A stretch of DNA of 64,000 nucleotides, taken from NCBI GenBank assembly GCA_051362555.1, contig CM120644.1:21040534-21104533 (forward strand). Reading direction: 5' to 3'. Under the pieces are notes generated by a model, which made no database searches, was not told the origin of the DNA, and saw only the letters and a program-made list of their open reading frames with translations. This DNA comes from Lingula anatina. Lineage: Eukaryota; Animalia; Brachiopoda. A program made the translations under genes and the position numbers. Shown here in pieces: positions 50,345 to 64,000 of this stretch; position 1 is the stretch's first letter; each line of letters opens with the position of its first letter.

Positions 50345-51778
50345 TTATTCAGCTGTTGCTGGTATCCCTCTGTAATCCCCACAGGTCTGCATATCCTCCT
50401 CGAACATAGTCCCGGTGGGGCAGGGTCTGAGGACGGCCATCCCCTGACTGTCACACTGCCAGTAACATGTCTCGTCTTCAGCGTAAGCAAAGTACAGCTT
50501 TTTACTCGGTTCGTACGAGACGGTTTCAATTCTGTAGCTGAAAGTTGTGGAATATCAAGTGATGATGAAATATGAAGTGATGGTCAACTGAAAGCAAGGG
50601 GGTGCGGGTAATGCAAATAAAATGCTCCGTGGAACATTTTTGATCGCAATTTTACGGCATCAGGACAATACCCCCACACAACGTCTAACTTGGCAATTCT
50701 TTCCCGGACAACCCCCTTGTAACAAAATTATAACATTTAGACTGAAAATGAAGAATGTGATCTCGAGAAAAATGATCAAGGAGGCTGTCGTTTACCAAGA
50801 TCAGTTTTCAGATGGGATAAAGAGAAAATCTCACTCACTCATTCAAATATCTATAGATCTATAAATTGAAATTCGTCCGATGTTAAGGTGAATGTTTGAG
50901 CTTTTTATTTAATCAAGGCGATATACTTAAATAAGGTTCCTTTTGTATTCTTTTACTAAGGTTGTCTCAATACCCTTGGTCGACTGTAAAACGATCTCGT
51001 TTTATTTTAAACACTCCACATATGCAGCCACATTATTACTTTGGTAAAAAACGACTATGAATATACTGTAGATGATATGGTATCAACCAACCCAACTGTC
51101 TGTTTATGGTGATCCTTTCCTTTTATTGGAACCTTTTGTGTAAAAGATCCCCCTGGCAAGTACTCGTCACGGCACACGACTGGAATGGAATAAAATAAAT
51201 ACATGAACTGATTTATCTAAACAAATTTTTTTAAAAATATGTTGAGGATATTGACCATTTATTCAAAATGAACCTTTTGTCTTTAATTTGATAATTGTTG
51301 GTCTTTCTGAACGAACAAAGATAATGAGATCATAATTTTGTGTGTGGAGTTATAAGGTATGTGTAATGAGTACATTGATCGTGTTTGCTTTTGTCTTGGT
51401 ATTTTGCCTTGACGATACTACTGGTGATAATCTAGTTTGAACATTGCAAACATCAGTTCTGTTAAGTTGACACCAACTTGGTTCAATACGTTTTTTAAAG
51501 TGATAAAACACGATTGAAACATGATCGAAACACTTCCAACAGCAGTTTAGAAAATATTAGAGACAAAAACAAAATATTCTAAAATCTGAACTGAAATTTA
51601 ATTATGTTCTCATTCAATTTGCCATTTTGTTGCAAATAACAAATAAGGTATTGCCCGAAAGGAGGACACTGGAATATATGATCGGCATGTTCTACGTAGA
51701 ATGGAATTCTCACTCCGTGCATGACCACATGCTGTGGTAGATTGCAACCGGCAATGTGTCGTTACGTTTCGACAGTAT

Positions 51779-51826
<48 letters not shown>

Positions 51827-53739
51827 CGAGAGAGAGAGAGAGAGAGAGAGATGACGTACATAATTTATTTGTATGATATCCAGCACATCTTTTGGCCATC
51901 ATCGGTTTTTGTCTGAAAAACAGGATAAGGATTTTATATTCTGACTGCACCTACTCTTCTACAGAAGTACAGTAAATACCCAAGTGTATTAAGCGCTGAT
52001 GAATATTTTTTTAGGCTGATTCGGAAACAGTGCCGTTAATGTGTCTGGAGAGACACGTATGTTTCGACTGTCAAAACTGTACACATCATTACAACCATTC
52101 TTCGTTCAGTGCTTAATGCTTTATTCTCTTTACTGATACTGATACACTGCATGGCGATATCACTGGTTGAGCTTGCCGAATCTGAGTGTTAGAAAACATC
52201 AAGATATAGATAGTCCAGGAGAGAGCATATACATATACCCATACATTCCATTTAATGAGGCACTCAAAATTTCTAACAGTGTAACACTTAGCGCCAGAAA
52301 GGATTAACAGTCGAAAACATTACTTCACAATACATGTATGACCAAAATGCAGCTACTAGCTGACACATATTAAAAATAGGATACTATAAATATACTCTCA
52401 AAACTCAAAAATATATACCGGCTCGATCCATCTCCAAGGGATTTCTCGCGAAATTGCTTTCAGCTTAAGCGGCTTAGATGTCTCGCACGCCTACTGAAGC
52501 TGCTAAATAATAATTTTAATTAAAATTACCCCCTTTGCAGCTTCAGCACACTCAAACATTGGGCACTGAATACTTTAAATAAATGAGAAACATTTAGTGT
52601 GTTATTAATTATCCAGACATTGAAAATAAATTAAAAACATCTACAAGGTGTTTTGAAACTATTATCCCTTTTACTGTAAACGATTTCAACGGCAAGACGC
52701 CCAGTTTTATCTAGTACATTGATCCAAAACATGCATGTGCGTTATTCCCACAACCAAGCATTCACAAAAACCCATTCAGAACCTTTTTTTACTAAATGTG
52801 AGCATATACCATTGACAGCAAGCGTTGAATTAAACTTACCACCCAAAATGCAACCAATCTGCTAGATGTTAATTCCAAACTGAACAAACGGTCTGAGTTA
52901 TTTCATCCATTGTTGGGAATAGTATTTCAAAGTCCCATGCAATATATAAAAAAAATTGCTATTTACGCTTTCATTCCTCGTCCGACGTAGTGGCTGCATA
53001 TAAAAAGTGTGTCTTGATTTTAGTTGTTAATATCTTAATTAAGATGTTTTTGTATAGAATACATGCGTGTATATCAGATACTCACGGTTTGATTTCGTCA
53101 ACGGGTTACAATAGAAAAGTGCATGTCTATATATTTGTTGGACCTATTTCAGTGTTAACATGGCAGGAAGAATTTAGCATTATTTTCAATAAGGCTGCGA
53201 CACAATGAATATGTATCTCACTAAATCCACGAGGACTTTGGCTGAATGCAATCAGATTAACAAATTAATACACTTTCGCCTGGAACTGAGTAGAATGCAG
53301 AAAAGATGGCCAATCACGGATATTCAGTACAATCGCCGATTGTCGAAGGACAGTTGCTGATACATTTGTATTCCTCAGGTAGTATAAATTCAAAACAGAT
53401 GATGATATCCATAATGCCATCGTTGTTAAAAACGACTTTGTACAGTTTTTACTTATCAAAGAAATAAAGGCCTGTCATTCGTTTAAATTAAAATACTCAG
53501 CTAGTCAAAGTGGAAGTTTTGTAAAGTATAGGCCTACATCTATCCAGAAGAATAAATCAAAGCCATACATGTTATATCCTTTAAAGCTATCAAAATATTT
53601 CTGAATATTAACGTATTTCACCACAAATCTCTAATGCAACGTCTTTATTCACCGTTACAAACCAAGAAGATACAGGGAGAAATACTTACGAGGAAGCTGC
53701 CAGACCTACAAGACATAGAAACAATGCAATCTTCAACAT
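50345..53739 (-). CDS. Chitin-binding (CBM14-like) secreted protein, copy 2 (possible frameshift)
   Basis: The signal exon (MLKIALFLCLVGLAASS) is intact and the last exon 50537-50345 is identical to copy 1. There is +1 nt in the A-run at 52006-52012, and the microexon donor is GC instead of GT. Confidence 0.6.
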
Positions 53740-54918
53740 CTTGGCGTCTTTGTGTCGTCGATAGTTCTCCAGTCTCTTCTGATGCTATGAAGTATGTGTC
53801 AGACGGTTTTCAGTCCCCGTTTTATAGGAAGGTTCTTAAAGCACTCCCTCTTTTACGTCAGTTTTATAGCCGTTCCAACGTGTTTATCTTGCTGGGGGAT
53901 TGTGTAACGTGCATAAAGATGTATTACTTAAGACACCTAAGGGTTTTGTTTTTTAGCATCCGAAGCTTCATAAAATGTAGTTGGCGGGATTTGTATCTAG
54001 ACAAGCAATCAAAAAGCAATTACACAAAGATCGTAATGTTTGTTGTGACTTTCATCCAGAGACCTTTGGCCTTGTGGTTATAGATATCGACCTCCATTGA
54101 CTCCTGAGGCAGTACTGACTTCTTTCACATGACAGACATCTCAACATTCGGTCAACATTGATGTTTTAGTCTCTTTCTGTTACCTTACATAACATAAATA
54201 TACCTTAAACGAAACTTAATAAAAGAAAGTTGAAGTTCAGTGGAAATGTTTTGTTGATGAAAACAAGTGGAAAATCCCCCAGATAGGACAATAAATAAAT
54301 TAATTGATTAATAAAAATAGATCAATAAGTGAAATTTCGAGACCTGTAGGTCAAAGAAAAACAACATTATATTGACACTGTATCCTGAGCTATGACATCA
54401 ATAGCCTTTGCTGATCACAAGTTTTATTGGGGATATGCTGACACCGTTCTTTACAATAATCCCCATTTTCATCCTTTTAAACTGTTTTCAGTTTGCATGT
54501 GCTGAATAAGTGCCATATAGGATAACAGCTTAATCGTAAAGGTTTGTAATGTTAAAATTTGCAATATGTTTTATAGGAGGTGACACTGGGACCTTAGACA
54601 GTTAATAGAATAACAATGTACACAAGACAAACGACATCAAACGGACTTATATTGAGGTCGACCTTTGGGGTACTTTGTGTCCTGTAGCAGTAAGAGTGAC
54701 TTCCTGACTTCCTTTACTTTATAGTTGTCCAGGAATTTAGTCTATGTTGTGATTTTAATGTCAATTTAATTATGTATCCATTATACAGATGTGTTTCAGT
54801 CCTTTGTTATTTATGCTTCTGCTTAACCGCAAACAATGGTACCTTAGTCCAAATAAGTATTAACCTAAGGTCCAATTCATTATCACCCCACACACACACA
54901 CGCATACACGCACGTCCA

Positions 54919-54950
<32 letters not shown>

Positions 54951-55893
54951 TCCACACACACACATACATACTCATACACACACACTCATACATGTACATC
55001 CATACACACACACACACACATATATATATACACACGTACTAACATACACACACATACACCAACACACACATACATACGCACAAACATACACACACATACA
55101 TACACAACATAGACCAATTCCACCCACACATATACACATTTTTGTCAACCTGGACACAGGGGGAGGGTTAAGAGGACATGTCCACCTCTATGAAAATGTG
55201 TACATGCTGTGTCCATACTTTAAACACTGATCAGTCAGCCGATGTCTCTTTTGGGGAACATTATTTTGGTCATTGTCCCTCTCACGCCCCTGAACCTACC
55301 CTGAGTGTCAAGGCACAGTAAAGCTAGCTTGTTAACTATTCATACCTTGTCATGGGATCGCTTTACTGGTTTTGCTGATATGGGTTATATATGAAATCAA
55401 GATCGAGCTGGCAAAACTGAAATCTAGAACCTAGGGTACCCTGAACCCTTCCCAGCCACTTTTATTATAGTGAAAATGTTTTATTTACTCACATGAAGTG
55501 TGACGTTTTGTTATATATTGGTCCTCTTTCTTGTTATCTATTACCTCCCATGATATATAAGGCAATCTATACGCTACTTCCTAACTGCAATTTGGTTACT
55601 AGATACATACTGGTGCATATGGCAGTGATAAAAGAGACGAGGGAAGGCAGTGTGTTAGTTGCGACTCAATTGCCTTCCTCATAACGTCTCGGGGTCCATT
55701 TTGGATAAGAGATGACACTTTTTTAGTCTTGTTCATTAGAGAGTTGTTGCACAAATGTGACATTAAGCATACATTAAGAAGGAATATCAACGTCTTTACG
55801 AGATGTAACATCGTAACATAGAAGCGCTTGACATATCCATATTGAACACTTACATTTTAATGGTTGTGTTTTAACAGGAAGTACGGCAAATTT

Positions 55894-56069
55894 CGGGGCC
55901 GTAGCGATAGTCCGAAGGTTCAATAGTCCTAAGATTCATTGGTCCGAATATTCACTATAGAACCTTCGGACCAATGAACCCTTGATTAAAAAATCGATGA
56001 AAATGGTACCATTTTTCGGACCAATGAACCTTCGGACCAATGAACCTTCGGACTATCGAGACGCCCCCC
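55894..56069. mobile_element. MITE with repeated subterminal TCCGAAGGTTCA motifs, only in repeat copy 2
   Basis: TIR ggggccgtagcgatagtccgaaggttca / tgaaccttcggactatcgagacgcccc; aaattt on both flanks; absent at the paralogous site near 46460. Confidence 0.75.
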
Positions 56070-58104
56070 AAATTTTATGCTAAAACGGTGATTCTAACCA
56101 CCTTTGAAAAATCACGAATTTACTACGTGCTAGGGCACAGTTTGTGGTTTTTTGCAAGTTTAAAACGATATTTGTTTATTCCAAATACTGGTAAAAGTGT
56201 TTCAATGCAGCTTCATACATAAAATATAATGTTGCACCGACTGCTTATGAAGGGTTATATATCACTGCATATTAGTCATATATTTCAGCTCCCAAGAACA
56301 GACGCCTCTCTAGGTGGAGAAGGTTTTTAAATCTTTTCACGTCTTGCTTCAGACGTAGGTCAAGAACATGGATGGTCATTATTGTTATTATTAAATCTAA
56401 TAACTTCAGAAATTTAGCAATGAGGAAAATTTGACAGCATTAAAAAAAAACAGATTTATTATACAGTCACAAGGAAGTTCTTTTGTTTGTTTCCTTGTTT
56501 TGATGGCATCATAACTAAGTGAACTTTCAGTTTTTAAGAGGCACACTATGTCAAACAGCTGGTAAAACCTGTACAGTAATTATATGATAGCAGCTGGGAG
56601 CTGGTGGTTGTTGAGTTTCTGTCAACATCTTTTTACAGTTTATACATTTTAGCTGATTTATATTTTAATATTTTCATCTTTTACTTTTTAGGAATATAAG
56701 CGCAGAACTGTTATTGCCTCAGGAGCAGCCAGTTAAAAAACTTCAAAATGCCGTTCTCTTAATTTTATAATAAAATATTAATTTTATGTAAACACAAGTG
56801 TTCTGTTTTTCTTTCTTTTCTTAATAATTTGAGGGTACCATTGGGGGGGGGTAGTGATCACGGTTCACGGGAAATAAAATCATTAATTAACAAATCACAG
56901 TACGTTACTCATATCTCACTGATATTGCAAATAGAAACTGCTGATAATCACGAATCACCTAGTATAACACTTCGTTTTACAAAGGGCAAAATATAAAAAG
57001 CTGCATTTAAGTGTCATGGGAATGGGCTTCACGGATCATGCTAAACAATAAATTAATATTAATGTTTCTCGCATCTCTGGGAAATAAAAAGTGGCTTTCG
57101 CGGGTAACGAAAACACCTAAGGGAACCCTCTTAATTAAAAAAAGTTTGAAAAGCAGAATAATAATGATTCTTATATAAACGACTGATCCTTGAAGGACCA
57201 CCCACCCACCTACCGTCTCGCCCCACATCCCGGCTCCTACATGTACGCTGTGTATCAAAACTATCGTTGGCTGGTTCATCTTCTGCCGGGAGTTGAACAG
57301 TTAACGTGGTCAACAAATTGTTAGGGAGAGACAGATGGCAAAAAGAATTAGCATGTTGTCTGCAAAGTGCTACACAGAGAAACTGGAAAAGTGGGCTATT
57401 TTTACACTTTTCTTAAAGTTTGTAATAGTCTCTGCTTATAGCAGCTCCACGCTCTTTTTATGTTTTGCTGTTACACTGGTACTTCTCTCTCTCGTCGGTC
57501 CCCTCCTAAAATGTTCCACTAAAGAAAAAATCAAAAATGCTATGGGAGAATTGTACAGGCAATTGACCTACTTTTTCCATTGCAGTTATTGGCGCTAGTT
57601 TAACAATGTTATGAGTTGGTCGTGAAAATGTGATTCACGCCTGTGATATGAAGGTTTATAATTTATATAAGTGAATTAATAAACAGGGCGTGTCGATCAA
57701 ATGATTCGAAACTTGTGAGCGCAAAGGGACATTGTTTTTTACATAATAAATTAACTGATAGCGACGAAAATCTAGGAAAAAATATGTTCTCTTATATGCA
57801 AATTAGATTGCCTGTAGTAATATAAGGCTGTCCGAAAGTGATGTCCACATCAGAGATTTCAAATAGTGGTGATCTTGATTACCTAAGCTATCTCAATTTT
57901 TATTATTTGATAAAATAATATATATTTGAAGCTACCAAAATTTCCCCGGGAAGTAAAACAAGTTTCCTTTCATTATAAATCATTGCTGGAACCGTCCTTC
58001 GGATGAATTTTGTTACAGAAAGAAAGCGGAAAAGGGGCTCTGATCGCGGGCCCTGATACGCGCCTCTTCCCTACCCGAGAGCTACCGTAAATGTCACAAG
58101 TTTT

Positions 58105-58154
<50 letters not shown>

Positions 58155-59922
58155 GTTGTTGTTGTTGATGTTGTTGTTGTTCCATACACAAAGTTGATAC
58201 AGAACGTTTACATAAAATGTACGATGCAATGTGAGACAAAGACACCTTCCACAAACCTTTCACACAAATAATGACGTAAAATACATGTACAAATATTGGT
58301 CAAGAGAATCTTAGTAGGTTATAACAAATATTCTTTTCCAGTCATATGAGTGTTTTTCCCCATCTTTCCAATTTTTCCTTATAGAGCTGCCTTTTCAATT
58401 TGAGGACCCAGAAAGTGCATTTCTCATGTTCTATCATATTAATATTATTATATTTAAAGAATTCTTGAAATTAATTCTATGTGAAATTCTGAATTGCAAT
58501 TTGAGTAGTTTATGATCATTTGTTTCGCCAAAAGGCAAAGCATGAACTAACTTCTGTTTCTCAATTGGAAAATAAATGTTCAGTTTTTTCCTCCTCTTGC
58601 CATGAGTGTTAAAAGATCTTGCTTCTTTATACCCCCGTCACACTAGAGGCAGAATGAGCAAGAATGCCATCGGAAAGACAATTCTTTGTGCGTTCCAGAA
58701 TATTCGAAGAGCATTCTAAAAATTCCGAGTGCATTCCAAGTGCGATGTAACGCTGTGTTAAGGCAGGAGTCGAACTTTTTTGACATTGACAGATAATGTA
58801 ATGTTTCCTAATCTGGTATTGACACTGGCAAAAACACAAAATCCAATGTTTTTTGCATAATTAGCTTTCATTGTTGGATTTTAGTTAAAACAGTGTGGGA
58901 GCAATAAAGTCCATGTGACGTTTGAAATCCGTGTCTAAACAGTATAACTGCAAATATACATCGTTTCTCAGCTGTGTTGACAGAAATGTTTTAAAAGTAA
59001 ATGATTTGTAAGTGGAATTCGGGTTACGTCCGAAACCGAATAAGGCTCTTTTATCACTTTCTTTGTCTCTGTTTTCTATCGACATCGACACCATCCAGTT
59101 GCAGAAGCAACGCTTTATTCCAAGACATCGTGCACACAAACATTTCATGAGAAGCTAAATAATTCAAAGAATTATTATCATTTCGAGCTATGTTTTACTA
59201 ACTGTATTTCAACCAACAATGTAAATAATGGCACCAGATACACTTGACAACACTAAGATTATTGCAATCATTTACCGAAGGAAAATTAATGATTTCTCTG
59301 GAAAGCAAATGTCATTACTTTTAGCCAAGACAGGTTTTTTAGGTGTCCGTTAACGTTTGTAAACGTTTCTATGAACTATTTTCAAGTCTTCATTTTGTTC
59401 CAAAACCAATGAACCATGTGCTGTGGAGCATTCCTTTACTTATAGATAGATAGATAGATAGATAGATAATCTGTCCAAATAATCCACGGCAGCTAACACT
59501 AAATGATTTTTGTTGTCCACGGGATGCCAGAAATTTTACTGCGCGGTTTCTGTTTTGTCAATTGTGTTTCATCTTTCCTGAAAATATTGAAACCAGACAA
59601 AACTGTTAACGAGCAAGCTAAAGGTGACATATGTACAGGTAATTCCTAGATCAGTTACTAAAACTTTGCATTAAAATATCAATAAACTATTGAAAAAATG
59701 TCATGAATAGCAGGATATCGCCCAGCTTCAAACTTGATTTGTATTTTAGGATAGTGTAATATTCATAAAGGAATCTGATGAATTGTTTATGAGCCTTGCT
59801 TCATGTAGTCGAAAGAAAGAGAGGTACAGGGAGAGAGGGGGAGAGAGAGAAAGATCCGAAATATATTATAGGTACATATGTTTATTGTTCAATTGTTTGG
59901 TGGCATCCAAAATGCCACAGTG

Positions 59923-61336
59923 TTACTTACATAGCTTATAGTACCGCAGACATGTCTGTAGCTCCTCCTTGAACACAGTTCCGGTGGGGCAAGGTCTGAG
60001 GGCGGCCATCCCCTGACTGTCACACTGCCAGTAACATGTCTCGTCACCAGAGTAAGCAAAGTACAGCTTTTTACTCGGTCCGTAGGTGACGGTTTCAATT
60101 CTGTAGCTGAAAGTTGCGGAATATCAAGTGATGATGAAATATGAAATGATGGTCGACTGAAAGCAAGGTGGTGCGGGTAATATTAATAAAATGTTACGTG
60201 AAACATTTTTGATGGCAATTTTACGGCATCAGGACAATATCTCGACACAACGTCTAACTTGGCAATTCTTTACCGGACAACCCCCTTGTAACAAAATTAT
60301 AACATCTAGTATTAGAATGAAGAATGTGATATCGAGAAAAATGATCAAGGAGGCTGTCGTTTATCAAGGTCCGTTTTCAGATGGGATAAACAGAAAATCT
60401 CACTCACTCATTCAAGTATCTAACTATAAATTGAAATTTGTCCGATGTTAAGGTGAATACTTGAGCTTTAATTCATTCAAGGCGATGTACTCAAATAAGG
60501 TTCCTTTTGTATTCTTTTACTAAGGTTGTCTCAATACCCTTGGTCGACTGTAAAACGATCTCGTTTTATTTTAAACACTCCACATATGCAGCGACATTTT
60601 TACTTTGGTAAAAAACGACTATGAATATAGATGATATGGAATCAACCAACCCAGCTGTCTGTTTATGGTGATCCTTTCCTTTTATTGGAACCTTTTGTGT
60701 AAAAGATCCCCCTGGCAAGTACTCATCACGGCACACGACTGGAATGGAATAAAATAAATACATGAACTGATTTATCTAAACAAAATTTTAAAAATATGTT
60801 GAGGATATTGACCATTTATTCAAAATGAACCTTTTGTTTTTGATTTGATAATTGTTGGTCTTTCTGAACGAACAAAGATAATGAGATCATAATTTTGTGT
60901 GTGGAGCTATTAGGTATGTGTAATGAGTACATTGATGGTGTTTGCCTTTGTCTTGGTATTTTGCCTTGACGATACTACTGGTGATAATCTAGTTTTAACA
61001 TTGGAAACATCAGTTCTGCTAAGTTGACACCAACTTGCTTCAATACGTTTTTAAAGTGATAAAACACGATTGAAACATGATCGAAACACTTCCAAAAGCA
61101 GTTCAGAAAATATTATTTTTAAAATTTGAATTGAAATTTAATTATGTTATCATTCAATTTGCCATTTTTGTTGCAAATAACAAATAAGGTATTTCCCGAA
61201 AGGAGGACACTGGAATGCTATCTGCATGTTCTACGTAGAATGGAATACTCACACTCCGTGCAAGACCACATGCTGTGGCACACGGGGTAGATTGCAACCG
61301 GCAATGTGTTTTTACGTTTCGACAGTATTTTGTGTG

Positions 61337-61390
<54 letters not shown>

Positions 61391-63016
61391 TGAGAGAGAG
61401 ATGACGTACATAGTTTATTTGTATGATATCCAGCACATCTTTTTTCCATCATCGGTTTTTGTCTGAAAAACAGGATAAGGATTTTATATTCTGACTGCAC
61501 CTACTTTTCTACAAAAGTAAATACCCAAGTGCATTAAGCGCTGATTAATATTTATGAGGCTGATTCGGAAACAGTGCCTTCAATATGTCTGGAGAGACAC
61601 GTACGTTTTGACTGTCAAAACTGTACACAACATTACATCCATTCGTCGTTCAGTGCTTAATGCTTTATTCTATAAACTTAAATTATGACAAAACGGAATG
61701 CACTTCAGCATTATCTACTAAGGTTACACAAATGTTGTAAATAAATCTGTGAGAAATACTGATACACTGCATGGCGATATCACTGGCTGAACTTACCGAA
61801 TCTGAGTGTTAGAAAACATCAAGGTTTAGATAGTCCAGGAGAGAGCATATACATATACCCAGACATCCCATTTAATGAGGCACTCAAAATTTCTAACAGT
61901 ATAACACTTGGCAACAGAAAGGATTTACAGTCGAAAACATTACTCCACAGTACACGTATGACCAAAATGCAGCTACTAGCTGACACATATAAAAAATAGG
62001 ATACTGTAAATATACTCTGCGTCCAACTTAAAAAATTTTTTACCTTGATGGGTTCCCATACCTAGCTCGTTCTAATAAGCTCGATCCATCTCCAAGAGGT
62101 TATTCGCTAAATTGCTTTCAGCTTAAGCGGCTTAGATGTCTCGCACGCCTACTGAAGCTGCTAAATAATAATTCTAATTAAAATTACCCCCTTTGCAGCT
62201 TCAGCACACTCAAACATTGGGCACTGAATACTTTAAATAAATGAGTAACTTTTAGTGTGTTTTTAATTAAACAGACATTAAAAATAAATTAGAAACATCT
62301 ACAAGGTGTTATGTAACTATTATCACTTTTACTGTAAACGGTTTCTACGGCAAGACGCCCAGTTTTATCTAATACGTTGTTCCCAAAAATGCATTGCGTT
62401 ATTCTCAAAATCAGGCATTCACAAAAACCAATCCAGGGGCTTTTTTCACTAAATGTGAGGATATACCATTGGCGGCAAGCGTTGAATTAAATCTACCACC
62501 CAAAATGCAACCAATCTGCAAGATGTTAATTCAAAACTGAACAAACGGTCTGAGTTATTTCTTCCATTGTTGGGGATAATATTTCATGCAATATATAGAA
62601 AATTGCTATTTACGCTTTCATTCCTCGTCCGAAGTAGTTGCTGCATATAAAAAGTGTGTCTTGATTTTAGTTGTTAATATCTTAATTAAGATGTTTTTGT
62701 ATAGAATACATGCGTGTATATCAGATACTCACGGTTTGATTTCGTCAACGGGTTACAATAGAAAAGTGCATGTCTATATATTTGTTGGACCTATTTCAGT
62801 GTTAACATGGCAGGAAGAATTTAGCATTATTTTCAATAAGGCTGCGACACAATGAATATGTATCTCACTAAATCCACGAGGACTTTGGCTGAATGCAATC
62901 AGATTAACAAATTAAAACACTTCCGCCTGGAACTGAGTAGAATGCAGAAAAGATGGCCAATATACGAGTACGTTGAAAACATATGCTTCGTAAACAAGGC
63001 ATGTGTGTGAGAGAGG

Positions 63017-63051
<35 letters not shown>

Positions 63052-63496
63052 TTTTACGGCTATTCAGTACAATCGCCGATTGTCGAAAGACAGTTGCTGA
63101 TACATTTGTATTCCTCAGGTAGTATAAATTCAAAACAGATGATGATATCCATAATGCCATCGTTGTTAAAAACGACTTTGTACAGTTTTTTTCTTATCAA
63201 AGAAATAAAGGCCTGTCATTCATTTAAATTAAAATACTCAGCTAGTCAAAGTGGAAATTTTGTAAAGAATACATCTATCCAGAAGAATAAATCAAAGCCA
63301 TACATGTTATATATATCTTTTAAAGCTATCAAAATATATTTCTGAGTCGTAACCTATTTCACCACAAATCTCTAATGCAACGTCTTTATTCACCGTTACA
63401 AACCAAGAAGATACAAATGCAAAATTTTACAGGAAGAAATACTTACGTGGAAGCTGCCAGACCTACAACACATAAAAGCAATGCAATCTTCAACAT
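59923..63496 (-). CDS. Chitin-binding (CBM14-like) secreted protein, copy 3 (diverged C-terminus; possible premature stop)
   Basis: Signal exon MLKIALLLCVVGLAAST. The last exon 60106-59923 reads YRIETVTYGPSKKLYFAYSGDETCYWQCDSQGMAALRPCPTGTVFKEELQTCLRYYKLCK*. There is a TAA at 61547-61545 in the tentative internal exon. Confidence 0.6.
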
Positions 63497-64000
63497 CTTG
63501 GCGTCTTTGTCTTGACTAGAGTTCTCCAGTCTTTTCTGATCCTATGAAGTGTGTGTCAGACGGTTTTCAGTCCCCGTTTTATAGGAAGGTTCTTAAAGCA
63601 TTCCCTCCTTTACGTCATTTTATAGCTGTTCCAACTTGTTTATTTTGCTGAGGGATTGTGTAACATGCATAAAGATGTATTACTTAAGACACCTAAGGGG
63701 TTTGTTTTTTAGCATCCGCAGCTACATAAAATGTAAAATGTAGTAGGCCGGATTTTTATCTAGACAAGTAATCAAAAAGCGATTACTAAGAGATCGTAAT
63801 GTTTGTTGTGACTTTCATCCAGAGACCTCTGTTGGCCTTGTGGTCATAGATATCTACCTCCATTGACTCCTGAGGCGGTACTGACTTCTTTTACATGACA
63901 GACATCTCAGCATTTGGTCAACATTGATGTTTTAGTCTCTTTGTTACATTACATAACATAAATGTACCTCAAACGAAACTTTGTGTTGAAGTTCAGTGGA

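Larger units (their letters stand above)
39830..64000. repeat. ~9.55-kb tandem segmental duplication, at least 2.5 copies (continues past the window end)
   Basis: Matching landmarks recur at 40972/50537/60106, 44349/53739/63496, 45391/54772 and 49350/58885. An older, diverged match at 38300-38635 aligns with 47934-48250 and 57482-57790. Confidence 0.97.

Overview
AT-rich, intron- and transposon-rich animal genomic DNA. It is probably from an invertebrate such as a lophotrochozoan, which is an inference. Reading splice sites by hand gives several genes that the ORF track misses or fragments. (1) An intronless class-A GPCR runs off the left edge (-). (2) A 5'-truncated L1/Tx1 LINE has an intact ORF2, a poly(A) tail and a perfect 16-bp TSD. 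(3) A gene of at least 15 exons and about 970 aa (-) encodes a low-complexity protein with internal tandem repeats, duplicated exon pairs and a C-terminal HMG-box-like domain. (4) A 5-exon Mis18 (Yippee/Mis18 zinc-binding) gene lies on the + strand. (5) From about 39.8 kb to the end there is a ~9.55-kb tandem duplication in at least 2.5 copies. Each unit carries a TATA-driven, small-exon gene for a secreted protein ending in a chitin-binding type-2 (CBM14)-like domain, and the copies are mosaics of one another. Degraded Rex1/Babar, Tx1, CR1/L2 and Gypsy fragments, many MITEs and microsatellites are interspersed. All gene models were derived by hand and have no transcript confirmation.
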